From assembly GCA_902553695.1 (NCBI GenBank), contig CACDLR010000001.1:1-60155 (forward strand): a DNA stretch of 60,155 nt. The letters run 5' to 3'. This document shows, piece after piece, positions 8,749 through 18,947 of this stretch (its first letter is position 1; every line of letters begins with the position of its first letter). Position numbers and translations under genes: made by a program. The stretch comes from an uncultured Pelagibacteraceae bacterium (lineage in GTDB: Bacteria; Pseudomonadota; Alphaproteobacteria; Pelagibacterales; Pelagibacteraceae). The notes beneath the pieces were generated by a model that saw only the letters and a list, made by a program, of their open reading frames with translations, made no database searches and was not told the DNA's origin.

Positions 8749-10197
8749 GTGAAAAAAATATCATTATTAATATTTGTTAGTTTTTCTACTCTAGTTAGTT
8801 TATTTTTAATTTCTCTAACAATTTACCTAAATAGATACTTTGGTGAGGTTAGTCTAACGCAAATAATATTTCATTTAAATTTTGCCAACAATCTCATTGT
8901 AGATTCAGATGAATATATAATAGAAAAATTTATTGAAATTTGTTTATACTTACCTGCGATAATTTATATAATTCTATGTGCTGTTATTTATTTATTAAAT
9001 AAATTTTTATATAAAGATAGTTTAAACAGTTTAATATCCAATAAACTAAAATTATTTTCCTCTTCAATTTTTTTACTGAGCTCAATTTTGTATTTTCTGT
9101 TAAATATAAATATTGGTAACATTAAATTAAATAAATTAGATGTAATTTCTAATTACTATATTGATCCAAAAGATCTTGAATATAATTTCAAAGAAAGTAA
9201 AAATCTGGTGTTAATATATGTTGAATCATATGAAAATATTTTTTCTGATAAATCTATATTTGGAGAAGATTTGCTACAGATGTTCAACACAGATCATTTT
9301 AAAAAAAAAGGATTTAAGGAACTTAATCAAACAATTTTAACTAATTGGACTATAGCTGCCATCGTTGCGTCCCAATGTGGCTTACCTCTTAAAAATGTAG
9401 GTATTTTTTCTTTTGGTAAAAACAAAGGTAAACATCAAAGACAAGTTTTTGGAATGAAACAATTCTTACCAGGTGCAATGTGTTTAAGTGAAATACTTAA
9501 AAAAGGAAATTATAAAAATATTTTTGTTAGTTCACCGAATTTAAGTTTTTCAGGAACTGGAAATTTTTTTAAAACACATGGTTACGACGAATTATATGGT
9601 AAAAAAGAATTTGATAACCTTGGACTGAAATATGAAGGTAAATCATGGGGAAATGGTCCAAATGACAGTTTTTTGTTTAATTTTTCTAAAAATAAAATTG
9701 ATAATTTAATTTCTAGTAGTAAATTTAATCTAACTATATTAACAACAGATACACATGAGCCAAATGGCTATTTAGATCCTAACTGTAAATTAAAAGAAAA
9801 TAATATAAAATCAGTAGTTAAATGTAGCACTGAAGAATTATATAATTTTATTTATTATCTAACAGATAAATATGGAGATAAAATTAATATTGTTGTTGTT
9901 GGAGATCATCAATTTAGATTTAAAAATAATAGTCAGTATGATGGTAAAGATAGAACAATTTTTAATAGATTTATTTCAGATAACCAAAAGATATTTTATA
10001 GAAATAAATTGAATTTTTATGATTTGTTTCCAAGCATAGTGGATTTTATTAACATCAAATACGTTGATAATAAATTAGGCATTGGTGTTTCGGGATTTAA
10101 AAAAATCGATATAAGAGAATACAATAAAAGATATAATCTTTTAGAGGAAAATATATTAAATAGATCAAAATTTTATGAGAACTTTTGGAAAAATTAG
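8749..10197 (+). CDS. Sulfatase-fold phosphoglycerol transferase (OpgB/LtaS-like)
   Basis: N-terminal TMs; NLVLIYVES, WTIA nucleophile Thr, DTHEP and GDH metal ligands. Confidence 0.82.
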   Translation: MKKISLLIFVSFSTLVSLFLISLTIYLNRYFGEVSLTQIIFHLNFANNLIVDSDEYIIEKFIEICLYLPAIIYIILCAVIYLLNKFLYKDSLNSLISNKLKLFSSSIFLLSSILYFLLNINIGNIKLNKLDVISNYYIDPKDLEYNFKESKNLVLIYVESYENIFSDKSIFGEDLLQMFNTDHFKKKGFKELNQTILTNWTIAAIVASQCGLPLKNVGIFSFGKNKGKHQRQVFGMKQFLPGAMCLSEILKKGNYKNIFVSSPNLSFSGTGNFFKTHGYDELYGKKEFDNLGLKYEGKSWGNGPNDSFLFNFSKNKIDNLISSSKFNLTILTTDTHEPNGYLDPNCKLKENNIKSVVKCSTEELYNFIYYLTDKYGDKINIVVVGDHQFRFKNNSQYDGKDRTIFNRFISDNQKIFYRNKLNFYDLFPSIVDFINIKYVDNKLGIGVSGFKKIDIREYNKRYNLLEENILNRSKFYENFWKN

Positions 10198-11008
10198 TAT
10201 TTTTATAATAATTTCTATTTTATTTTTAGGGTGTGATCAAAAATTAGAAGTTACAAAAAATTTTAAAATATCAAATTTTATTTTAGAAATATATAATAAA
10301 CAAAACAAACAAGACTTCTTACTAATTGCTCATGCTGGAGGTGGAATTAATGGATTTAATTACACTAATTCAATAGAAGCAGTAAACAATTCAATATTAA
10401 ATGGTTATAATTTGATAGAAATTGACCTTATAGAAACAAGAGATGCAAAATTAGTTGGCGCTCATGATTGGGATCATTTTAAATCGATATCAAATTGTTG
10501 TAAAAATAATCAAATTCCCTCGTTAAAAGAATTTAAAAATTACAAAATATATAAAGATCTAAGTACTTTAGATTACTCAAAAATAAATGAGATTTTTATA
10601 AAAAATAAAAATTTAATATTGGTTACTGACAAAACAAACAATTTTAAATTAATTAATAGTTTATTTACATTTGATAAAGATAGAATAATTGTTGAAATAT
10701 TTGGTCGGGATAATTATTTCAAGGCAATCGAAGAAAATATTAAAAATCCAATGTATTCAACAAACATAGGTGAATTAGATTTTGTTAAGAAATATAATAT
10801 AAAACTAATTGCTGTACATAGTAAAGATTTTATTGCTAATAAAAATGCATATATAGAATTATCCGAAAATGGAACAATAATATTTGTCTACTCATCAAAT
10901 GACGTAAAATTTATTTACGAAAATAAAAATATAGTAAATTCGTTTTATTCAGATTTTATAGATATTAAAAATAATAAATGTGTATCAAATGTTTGCGAAA
11001 CATATTAA
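10175..11008 (+). CDS. Glycerophosphodiester phosphodiesterase-like exported protein
   Basis: IAHAGGG, YTNS.EA, IEID and HDW motifs; lipobox-like FLGC. Confidence 0.78.
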   Translation: MRTFGKISIFIIISILFLGCDQKLEVTKNFKISNFILEIYNKQNKQDFLLIAHAGGGINGFNYTNSIEAVNNSILNGYNLIEIDLIETRDAKLVGAHDWDHFKSISNCCKNNQIPSLKEFKNYKIYKDLSTLDYSKINEIFIKNKNLILVTDKTNNFKLINSLFTFDKDRIIVEIFGRDNYFKAIEENIKNPMYSTNIGELDFVKKYNIKLIAVHSKDFIANKNAYIELSENGTIIFVYSSNDVKFIYENKNIVNSFYSDFIDIKNNKCVSNVCETY

Positions 11009-11015
11009 TTTATAA

Positions 11016-11090
11016 TGGCGGTCCCTAGGGGAATCGAACCCCTCTTTCATGGATGAAAACCATGTGTCCTAACCGATAGACGAAGGGACC
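11016..11090 (-). tRNA. tRNA-Glu(TTC)
   Basis: Cloverleaf with GGTCCCT/AGGGACC acceptor stem, TTC anticodon, GTTCGA T-loop and encoded CCA. Confidence 0.97.
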
Positions 11091-11135
11091 AGAAAACGTT
11101 CTTCTATTGTAAAATAATAATTTAATCAAGACTAA

Positions 11136-12827
11136 TCAGACTATTGCGTCTTTAATAATTAAATTAAAATCAGTGTTTTTTTGAATATTTTTATTATTAA
11201 TTTGAACAATTAAATCAACTTCTTTTTTAACATTCATTAAACAGTCCCCTAATATTGTATCAATAGCATTAAAAGCATAACAGACACATGATCTTTTATT
11301 TCTGTTAACTATAATGAGTTGTAAATTTGTATCTTTTATTATTTTAATTTTGAGAATTTTATTATTTTTAATTAAAAAAAAAGGATTTATATTGTTATTT
11401 CCAAACGGTTGTAGATTTTGAAGATCATATTTTGCAAAAGTTTTAAGTGAATTAAAATTTTGTTCACCTATGTAAGTCTTAATATTTTCAAAGTTATTAA
11501 ATTGTTTTATATAAATCATATTAAGAAACTTTTTGAAATCATCTAATTTTTCTTTTTTCAACGTACAACCTCCTGCCATTGAATGGCCACCCCCATTGAT
11601 AATAATTTTTTTTTGAATAGCTAAATAAAAAATATTTCCAATATCATAGCCGTTTATTGACCTAGATGAGCACTTAATTAAATTACCAGAGTTTGTTAAT
11701 ATAAAACTTGGTCTGTTATATAATTCGACATAATTTGCAGCGATTATTCCTAATAATCCTTCATTAATATTCTTTTTAAATTCAAAGATGACCTCGTTTG
11801 ATTTTAATTCATTATTATTTTTTAATAGTCTTATTGTTTTTTTTTGAATATTTTTTCTTTTTTCATTTAAATTTATTAGTTGATATTGAATTTTTTCAAT
11901 GTTTGATTTTTTGTTTTCAATTAATAACTTAAATGGTAAATCTGAAAATCCTAATCTTCCGGCTGAATTTATAATTGGTCCTAAAATAAAGCCAATATCA
12001 TTAGATGTGATTTTACTCTTTAAATTAACTAAATTTTTAAGTCTGTTTGATTTAATGCTATTAAATATGTTTAAGGCACTATTTACTATAATTTTATTAT
12101 ACATTCCTAGTGGTACTTGATCGCATACTGTAGCCATTCCTGCGAAAAATAAATACTTATTGAAATCAATCTTTTTCGTGATTTTTAAATAATTAGAAAG
12201 ATATTTAATAAAAAAAAATACCAATGTGGTTGCACAAAAAAAATACTTATTTTCAACTGGGTTTTTTAAGGGATTAATAATAACCGTATTTTTAAATTTT
12301 TCTTTTTGTTGAATTTTATGATGATCAATTATGATGATTTTTAATCCATTGTTTTCTAAAAAGTTAATTTCTTCTATTGAATTTGAGGCACAATCAACAA
12401 ATATTACTAAATTATAATTATTTTTATTAATCAGTTTTTTTAATAATTTAATATTTGGTCCATAACCATCAGTTAAACGTTCTGGTATGTAATAGTCACA
12501 ATTAATTCTGAGTTTTGAAAAATAATCATAAAGTAGATATGTAGATGAATATCCATCGACATCATAATCACCAAAAATAAGTATTTTTTTTTTGTTTTTA
12601 AAACAGTCTAATATAAATTTTCCAGCAGCACTAAAATCCTTATTTTGATAATTAAATTCATAATTTTTTAACTTATTAATAGAATTATAAATTTCTTCCT
12701 CGGTATAATTTTTATCTATAAAAATTTTTGATAGTAAATAAGAAATTTTAAAATTTTGTTTATTTTTGAGGATTAAACGTTCTGGAATATTATTGGTTTT
12801 CCAATTAATTCCATTGATAGATTTCAT
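11136..12827 (-). CDS. recJ: ssDNA exonuclease RecJ
   Basis: GDYDVDG, DGYG, IDHH, INSAGR, GGGHSMAGG and LQPFG motifs. Confidence 0.92.
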   Translation of the reverse strand: MKSINGINWKTNNIPERLILKNKQNFKISYLLSKIFIDKNYTEEEIYNSINKLKNYEFNYQNKDFSAAGKFILDCFKNKKKILIFGDYDVDGYSSTYLLYDYFSKLRINCDYYIPERLTDGYGPNIKLLKKLINKNNYNLVIFVDCASNSIEEINFLENNGLKIIIIDHHKIQQKEKFKNTVIINPLKNPVENKYFFCATTLVFFFIKYLSNYLKITKKIDFNKYLFFAGMATVCDQVPLGMYNKIIVNSALNIFNSIKSNRLKNLVNLKSKITSNDIGFILGPIINSAGRLGFSDLPFKLLIENKKSNIEKIQYQLINLNEKRKNIQKKTIRLLKNNNELKSNEVIFEFKKNINEGLLGIIAANYVELYNRPSFILTNSGNLIKCSSRSINGYDIGNIFYLAIQKKIIINGGGHSMAGGCTLKKEKLDDFKKFLNMIYIKQFNNFENIKTYIGEQNFNSLKTFAKYDLQNLQPFGNNNINPFFLIKNNKILKIKIIKDTNLQLIIVNRNKRSCVCYAFNAIDTILGDCLMNVKKEVDLIVQINNKNIQKNTDFNLIIKDAIV

Positions 12828-13771
12828 TCAATTATATATTTTTTTTGAATTTTATTAACTAGCTTTTGATTATTATGTGTTACAAGTGTTTCGGTGTAAA
12901 AATAATTATCTTTTTTTTCAACACCATTAATAATATCACCCGAAGTTATGCCTGTAGCACAAAAAATTGAGTCACCTTTAGTTATTTCCTTTATGTCATA
13001 TTTTTTATTTAAATCTTTAATTCCCATTTTTTTTGCTCTAAGTATATCTTTATCAGTTTTGAATAAAAATCTGCCCTGAAAATTGCAATTCATAGCATCT
13101 AAAGCAGAAGCAACTATAACACCTTCTGGTCCTCCACCGATACCAAGAAAAATATCGATATCATATTTTTTATCTGAAACTAATAAAGCACCGGTTACAT
13201 CACCATCGGTAATTAACTTAATTTTTACACCCATTCTTTTTAGAGTTTTAATTGTATCTTTGTGTCTTTCTCTATCTAATAAACATACTGAAATATCTTT
13301 AATTTTCTTATTTTTAAAATCTGAAAGATTTTGAATATTTTTTTCAACAGAATAATCTAAATCAATGACCTCTTTTGGTATATTTTGTCCATAAGCAATT
13401 TTATTCATATATGTCTCGGGAGCTTTAAATAAATTTCCTTTTTCAGATATTGTCAAAACAGAAATTGCACCAGGTAAATTTTTAGCTACAAAATTTGTTC
13501 CTTCTACTGGATCTACCGCTATATCAATCATTGGACCTTTATTATTGCCTAATTTTTCACCTATATACAACATCGGCGCCTCATCTAATTCACCTTCACC
13601 TATTACTACCTCACCCTTTATACTCAATTTATTAAGGTTTAATCTCATCACATCTGTTGCGGCTTTATCTGCAACAGTTTTATTTTTTTTTCCAAGATGG
13701 GGATAGCATGCAATTGCAGCTTTTGATGTTATATCAATTAATTTTTCAACTAGATTTTTATTTAATGACAT
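12824..13771 (-). CDS. glpX: Fructose-1,6-bisphosphatase class II
   Basis: VIGEGELDEAPML, DIAVDPVEGT, DGDV, GGGPEGV. Confidence 0.95.
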   Translation of the reverse strand: MSLNKNLVEKLIDITSKAAIACYPHLGKKNKTVADKAATDVMRLNLNKLSIKGEVVIGEGELDEAPMLYIGEKLGNNKGPMIDIAVDPVEGTNFVAKNLPGAISVLTISEKGNLFKAPETYMNKIAYGQNIPKEVIDLDYSVEKNIQNLSDFKNKKIKDISVCLLDRERHKDTIKTLKRMGVKIKLITDGDVTGALLVSDKKYDIDIFLGIGGGPEGVIVASALDAMNCNFQGRFLFKTDKDILRAKKMGIKDLNKKYDIKEITKGDSIFCATGITSGDIINGVEKKDNYFYTETLVTHNNQKLVNKIQKKYIIE

Positions 13772-13779
13772 TAATTAAT

Positions 13780-14769
13780 CTATACAGTTTCTTTTTCGTC
13801 TACAAATTTAAGTTTTGCTTCAAATTCTCTTAATCTTTTATAAACACTTGCTAATTCAATAATAGTAGGCCATGCTTTTAATAAATATTGCATTGAACCC
13901 TCTACTCTACCAAATGCTCTTATTATTTGTTGCATAACACCTAATGTAACAGCTCCGGCAACAATAGCTGGGGCTAAAAAAACATATGCCGACAAAACGT
14001 TTGCTTGTAAATAAGCTATTCTTCCAATATTAAAATACAGATATCTTATATAACTTAAAAAATGTATTCCCCTAACACCGTCAAAAAGTTCTTCGAGGGT
14101 TTTGGGTCTTATTGATCCGTCATCCTCTGCTATAACTAGTATTTTTCTGTAAGCAGCTTCCTTTTTTTGAAGGTCATATTCTACACCGACCAATCTTAAA
14201 ATTAATCCAAGTATAATTAAAAATATTGTGCCTCCTACAGACCATATTAATGCACCAACAATAAGACCATAATCCCAATCTCCAAAAAAAAATATAGGTA
14301 TTGAAATACTTAAACCAAAAAGAATAGGCATAAATTCAAATAATATCATCAACGCTTCAATAAAACTTGTACCTAATGACTCCATTATTCTTGAAAATTT
14401 TATAGTATCTTCTTGAACTCTTTGAGAGGCACCTTCAATCTTGCGAGCTCTATCATAAACACTATGATACCAATCAACCATAGCAGTTCTCCATCTAAAT
14501 AAATAATGAGATGTAAAAAAACTAACTAAAACAGCCACTCCTACATACATGGCGGCCAATAATATAAATGATAATAAACTTGCCCAATATTCTTCAATAG
14601 TAATTGCATTAGGAGCGGATAAAGCTTTTTGTATCATGTCATAAAATTCACCAAACCATTCGTTTATTTTGACATCAATTTTTACTTGTATCCAAAGCGA
14701 TGAAAGTATTATTAAGGTCCCTATCCATGACCATACAAACCAATGTTTTACTGTAAAAAATCTAAACAT
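13780..14769 (-). CDS. sbmA: SbmA/BacA-family peptide transporter
   Basis: FRWRTAM, IEGASQRVQEDT, EAAYRK and SVYKRLREFE motifs. Confidence 0.9.
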   Translation of the reverse strand: MFRFFTVKHWFVWSWIGTLIILSSLWIQVKIDVKINEWFGEFYDMIQKALSAPNAITIEEYWASLLSFILLAAMYVGVAVLVSFFTSHYLFRWRTAMVDWYHSVYDRARKIEGASQRVQEDTIKFSRIMESLGTSFIEALMILFEFMPILFGLSISIPIFFFGDWDYGLIVGALIWSVGGTIFLIILGLILRLVGVEYDLQKKEAAYRKILVIAEDDGSIRPKTLEELFDGVRGIHFLSYIRYLYFNIGRIAYLQANVLSAYVFLAPAIVAGAVTLGVMQQIIRAFGRVEGSMQYLLKAWPTIIELASVYKRLREFEAKLKFVDEKETV

Positions 14770-14771
14770 TT

Positions 14772-15053
14772 CTATTTAATAAAATTATCAGAATAAGATT
14801 TCTTAGTTACTTTTCTTTCCTGAGGTTCAATTAATTCATATTCAATTTTATTTTTTTTTGCATATTCAATAGCTAAATTTTTATTAGTAAATTCCATTTT
14901 TACCTCTGAGTAGGTATCATTTGAACTTTCCCATCCCATTAAAGGGTTTATTGTTGGATCGTTGCTTATAAATTCTAAAACCCATTTATCAAATTTTTTT
15001 AGTCCTGATTGCATAGCTGTTTTGGAGGGTTTATAAATTTTTGCTTTTTTCAT
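14772..15053 (-). CDS. ETC complex I subunit (NDUFS4-like)
   Basis: IYKPSKTAMQSG, NPLMGWESS, SYSDNF; start at ATG 15053 because the longer ORF runs into tRNA-Pro. Confidence 0.92.
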   Translation of the reverse strand: MKKAKIYKPSKTAMQSGLKKFDKWVLEFISNDPTINPLMGWESSNDTYSEVKMEFTNKNLAIEYAKKNKIEYELIEPQERKVTKKSYSDNFIK

Positions 15054-15057
15054 ATAA

Positions 15058-15134
<77 letters not shown>

Positions 15135-15230
15135 AAGAATGTACTAATACATTAGAAATATTAATTTTCAAAGTATATTAAAGAGGTAAAATAAAAGCTT
15201 TTTTATGAGAATCTGCTATATATTTATCAC

Positions 15231-15698
15231 ATGATTGTAACATGCGAAAAATGCTTAAAAACATTTAATATTCAAGATAATTTAATTCCTGATGAAGGTA
15301 GAATGTTACAGTGTGGAAGTTGTAGCTATAAATGGTTTTATAAAGATAAAAAGACAACAATTAAAACTGAAAATGAGACTTCTAAATCAACCATTGTAAA
15401 TGATGCTAAGGAACAAATTGAAAATGATATTAAAAATAATGATGACATAATAATTAATGAAAAGAAAAAACATTCAAATAATATTAAAAAAGATGTAAAT
15501 TTTAAAAAAATTAAGAAAAATCCAAAAATAATAAAAAATACTTTAGTTTTTATAATATCAATAATTGCTATTATCATTTTATTAGATAGTTTTAAGTATC
15601 AGTTGAATAACTTTTTACCTGGACTAAATTCAATATTGAATAATTTATATGAATCATTAAAAGATCTCTCATTATTTTTTAAAGATCTTATAAACTAA
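15231..15698 (+). CDS. MJ0042-type zinc-ribbon membrane protein
   Basis: N-terminal CEKC...CGSC..KW, charged linker, single C-terminal TM. Confidence 0.85.
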   Translation: MIVTCEKCLKTFNIQDNLIPDEGRMLQCGSCSYKWFYKDKKTTIKTENETSKSTIVNDAKEQIENDIKNNDDIIINEKKKHSNNIKKDVNFKKIKKNPKIIKNTLVFIISIIAIIILLDSFKYQLNNFLPGLNSILNNLYESLKDLSLFFKDLIN

Positions 15699-16871
15699 AT
15701 GATTAGAAATATAACAAATTCTTTCAAATGGTTTTTTAAGTTAGAAGCAGCGAGCGGACTTGTTTTGCTTTTCTCAGCTGTTGTAGCTTTATTAATAAGT
15801 AATTCAAATTACGCAAATTTATATTTTGAAACTCTTAATCAATATTTATTTTTAGGAATAAATAATATTGGTTTAAAATTAAGTATTCTACATTGGATAA
15901 ATGACGCATTAATGGCAATATTTTTCTTCTTTGTTACTTTGGAGATTAAAAGAGAATTCATTCAAGGAGAACTTTCAAATATAAAACAGGCAATGTTACC
16001 TATCATAGGTGCTGTTGGTGGAATGTTAATTCCAGCATTAATTTATGTAGCAATAAACTTTGATGATCCAAGAACTTTAAATGGATGGGCTATACCCTCT
16101 GCTACCGATATAGCTTTTTCATTAGGTGTTTTATCATTATTGGGTTCGAGAGTTCCTTTGTCTTTAAAAGTATTTTTAACTGCGTTAGCTATAATAGACG
16201 ATCTGGGTGCAATATTAATTATAGCTATTTTTTACTCTGGGGATTTAAATATATTATATTTATCGTTAATGTTAGGTTCGTTTATTCTACTTTTAATATT
16301 AAATAAATTAAATATAAAAAAATTTCTTCCATATCTTATTGTTGGATTATTTCTTTGGGATTTTACACATAATTCTGGAATACACGCAACTATAGCTGGG
16401 GTTTTATTAGCTATGACAATTCCGCACAGAAAAAAAGAAAAAGATTTTTCGTTGTTAATTAAATTAGAGCATTCAATAAGTCCATATGTTGCTTTTGGAA
16501 TAATGCCATTGTTTGCATTTGCAAATGCAGGTGTTTCTTTAGATGGATTATCTTTAAGTTCACTATTAGATAAAGTTCCATTGGGTATTGTATTAGGTCT
16601 ATTTGTTGGAAAACAACTTGGTGTTTTTATATTTTCCTATATTTCAATAAAATTAAAAATTGCAGAAATGCCAACAAATTCAAATTGGTATAATTTTTAC
16701 GGAGTTGGTGTATTAACCGGAATAGGTTTTACAATGAGTTTATTTGTAGGAAATTTAGCATTCGTGGAAAACGTACAGTATATGGATGGAGTTAAAATTG
16801 GAGTTTTAACTGGGTCACTATTATCCACTTTATTTGGTTATTTCCTGATATTACTAACTCCAAATAAATAA
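15699..16871 (+). CDS. nhaA: Na+/H+ antiporter NhaA
   Basis: WINDALMA, LEIKRE, ATDIAF, IIDDLGA, GIGFTMSLF. Confidence 0.97.
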   Translation: MIRNITNSFKWFFKLEAASGLVLLFSAVVALLISNSNYANLYFETLNQYLFLGINNIGLKLSILHWINDALMAIFFFFVTLEIKREFIQGELSNIKQAMLPIIGAVGGMLIPALIYVAINFDDPRTLNGWAIPSATDIAFSLGVLSLLGSRVPLSLKVFLTALAIIDDLGAILIIAIFYSGDLNILYLSLMLGSFILLLILNKLNIKKFLPYLIVGLFLWDFTHNSGIHATIAGVLLAMTIPHRKKEKDFSLLIKLEHSISPYVAFGIMPLFAFANAGVSLDGLSLSSLLDKVPLGIVLGLFVGKQLGVFIFSYISIKLKIAEMPTNSNWYNFYGVGVLTGIGFTMSLFVGNLAFVENVQYMDGVKIGVLTGSLLSTLFGYFLILLTPNK

Positions 16872-16875
16872 ATGA

Positions 16876-17427
16876 ATGAAATTCATTAAATCAATTTTAA
16901 TTATTTTAATAATGTTTTTTTTTAAAAATAACGTTTTAGCAAGTTATGATAAATTGTTTTATGATTTTTCTATTAATGATATCTCTGGAAAAGAACTAAA
17001 TTTTGTAAATTTTAAAGATAAAGTAATTTTATTAGTCAATACAGCTAGTTACTGCGGATTTACAAAACAGTATGATGATTTACAATTCATTTGGGATAAA
17101 TATAAGGATAAAGATTTTATTGTTTTAGGGGTACCATCAAATTCATTTAATCAAGAAAAAAATTCAAATGATGAAGTAAAAAAATTTTGTGAATTTAACT
17201 TTAATATAACTTTTCCAATTACAGAAATTACCAATGTTAAAGGTAATAATGCTCATCCATTATATAAATGGGCTATTAAAAATTATGGATCCTCTGCTGA
17301 ACCAAAATGGAATTTTCATAAAATTCTTATTAATAAAGAGGGAAAAATTGATGATACATATACATCATTAACAAATCCCAAATCAAAGAAAATTGTTAAT
17401 AAAATTGAAAAATTAATTAATTATTAA
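16876..17427 (+). CDS. Glutathione peroxidase family protein with signal peptide
   Basis: VNTASYCGFT, PSNSFNQE, KWNFHK. Confidence 0.93.
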   Translation: MKFIKSILIILIMFFFKNNVLASYDKLFYDFSINDISGKELNFVNFKDKVILLVNTASYCGFTKQYDDLQFIWDKYKDKDFIVLGVPSNSFNQEKNSNDEVKKFCEFNFNITFPITEITNVKGNNAHPLYKWAIKNYGSSAEPKWNFHKILINKEGKIDDTYTSLTNPKSKKIVNKIEKLINY

Positions 17428-18186
17428 TTTCATACCATCAAACGCAGGATATACAAATTTTGGTAATTTTTTCTTGAGTAGATTATAATCAAGAGAACTA
17501 TGAAGATTTGTTAATATTGTTTTTTTGGGTTTAATTTCATTAACCAACTTTAAAACATTATCTAAATTATAATGAGATGGGTGAGGATCTTCTCTTAAGC
17601 AGTCAATAATAAGATATTCAAGATTTTTAACTTTTGGATAATTTTTTTTTTTAATAAAACTAACATCGCTGGCATATGCAAGTTTATTATTAATTATGTA
17701 GCAAATACTCTTAATTGAACCATGATCAACTTCTAAAGGGATAATATTAATTTTTTTTTTAAGAAAACTGTGTTTTTTTTTTAATTTATATAATTTCATT
17801 ATTGGCGGATAAAAACTCCCAGTTTTTTTAAAACAATATTTAAATGAATTCGTTAAATAATTAGCTGTAGCTTTGTTAGCATAAACAGGAATTTGCTTCC
17901 TATTTTGTAAATAAAAAAATCTTAAATCATTAATACCATGAGTTTGATCTGCATGAAGATGTGTATAAAAAATACAATCTAATCTTTTAACTTTATTGTC
18001 TAGAAATTGTTGACGTATATCTGGTGAAGAGTCAATTAAGAGATTAAAATTTTTTCCAGATATAAGAGCAGAACATCTTGTTCTATGATTTTTAATATTT
18101 TTAGGATCACATTTTCCAAAGTTTCCATCTATTCTTGGTACACCAAGTGAGCTACCACTTCCTAAAATTGTAAATTTTAAAGACAT
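17413..18186 (-). CDS. MBL-fold metallo-hydrolase (PhnP-like)
   Basis: LGSGSSLGVP, THLHADQTHG; conserved position after tatD. Confidence 0.9.
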   Translation of the reverse strand: MSLKFTILGSGSSLGVPRIDGNFGKCDPKNIKNHRTRCSALISGKNFNLLIDSSPDIRQQFLDNKVKRLDCIFYTHLHADQTHGINDLRFFYLQNRKQIPVYANKATANYLTNSFKYCFKKTGSFYPPIMKLYKLKKKHSFLKKKINIIPLEVDHGSIKSICYIINNKLAYASDVSFIKKKNYPKVKNLEYLIIDCLREDPHPSHYNLDNVLKLVNEIKPKKTILTNLHSSLDYNLLKKKLPKFVYPAFDGMKLIIN

Positions 18187-18947
18187 TAATGTGAAAAGAG
18201 TTTATTAAAATTATCTGTTGTAATTTTATCCATATCGGAAAATGTTTGATTTTTAATTTCAGCTAATTTTTCAAGTGTATATTTAATATAACTTGGTTCA
18301 TTTTTCTTTCCTCTCATAGGAATTGGCGCTAAAAACGGACTATCTGTTTCAATAATGATATTTGAGTTAGGAATAAAAGAAAAGGTATTTCTCAACTCTG
18401 TAGAATTTTTAAATGTAATAATTCCACTGGCGGAAAAAAAACAATTAAGTTCTAATAATTTTTTAGCAAATTTGTAAGATCCAGTAAAACAATGCATTAA
18501 AATTTTTAAATCTAGACTCTTATAGTTATTTAAAATCTCAAATGTTTCGTTTTCTGCATTTCGTGAATGTACTATTAAAGGTAATTTTGTCTCTAGACAT
18601 GCATTAATATGATTTTCAAAACTTTTAATTTGATTCTTTTTATCACTATTATTATAATAAAAATCTAAACCTGTTTCTCCTATACCAATAATTTTATTTG
18701 AATATTTAGCGTTTTTAACTATCTCTGATGAAGAAATAGAAATTTTATCTGCTTCATGTGGGTGAATACCAAAAGTTCCATAAATTATGTTGTCCATAAT
18801 TATAATTTTTTTAATATTTTCAAAACTATCAAGATTTGTACAAATGGTAAGAATTTTTGAAATACCTATTTTCTTAGATCTTGCTAAAACCTCATTTATA
18901 TTTTCAAATAACGGATCAATATCTAAATGACAATGAGAATCTATCAT
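18186..18947 (-). CDS. tatD: TatD family DNase
   Basis: IDSHCHL, GIHPH, IGETGLD, HCFTG, ETDSPFL. Confidence 0.94.
   Translation of the reverse strand: MIDSHCHLDIDPLFENINEVLARSKKIGISKILTICTNLDSFENIKKIIIMDNIIYGTFGIHPHEADKISISSSEIVKNAKYSNKIIGIGETGLDFYYNNSDKKNQIKSFENHINACLETKLPLIVHSRNAENETFEILNNYKSLDLKILMHCFTGSYKFAKKLLELNCFFSASGIITFKNSTELRNTFSFIPNSNIIIETDSPFLAPIPMRGKKNEPSYIKYTLEKLAEIKNQTFSDMDKITTDNFNKLFSH

Noticed and set aside
4480-11090. Integrative element bounded by the recombinase and tRNA-Glu
   Set aside because: No duplicated tRNA 3' end (att site) found by eye and no phage or conjugation genes
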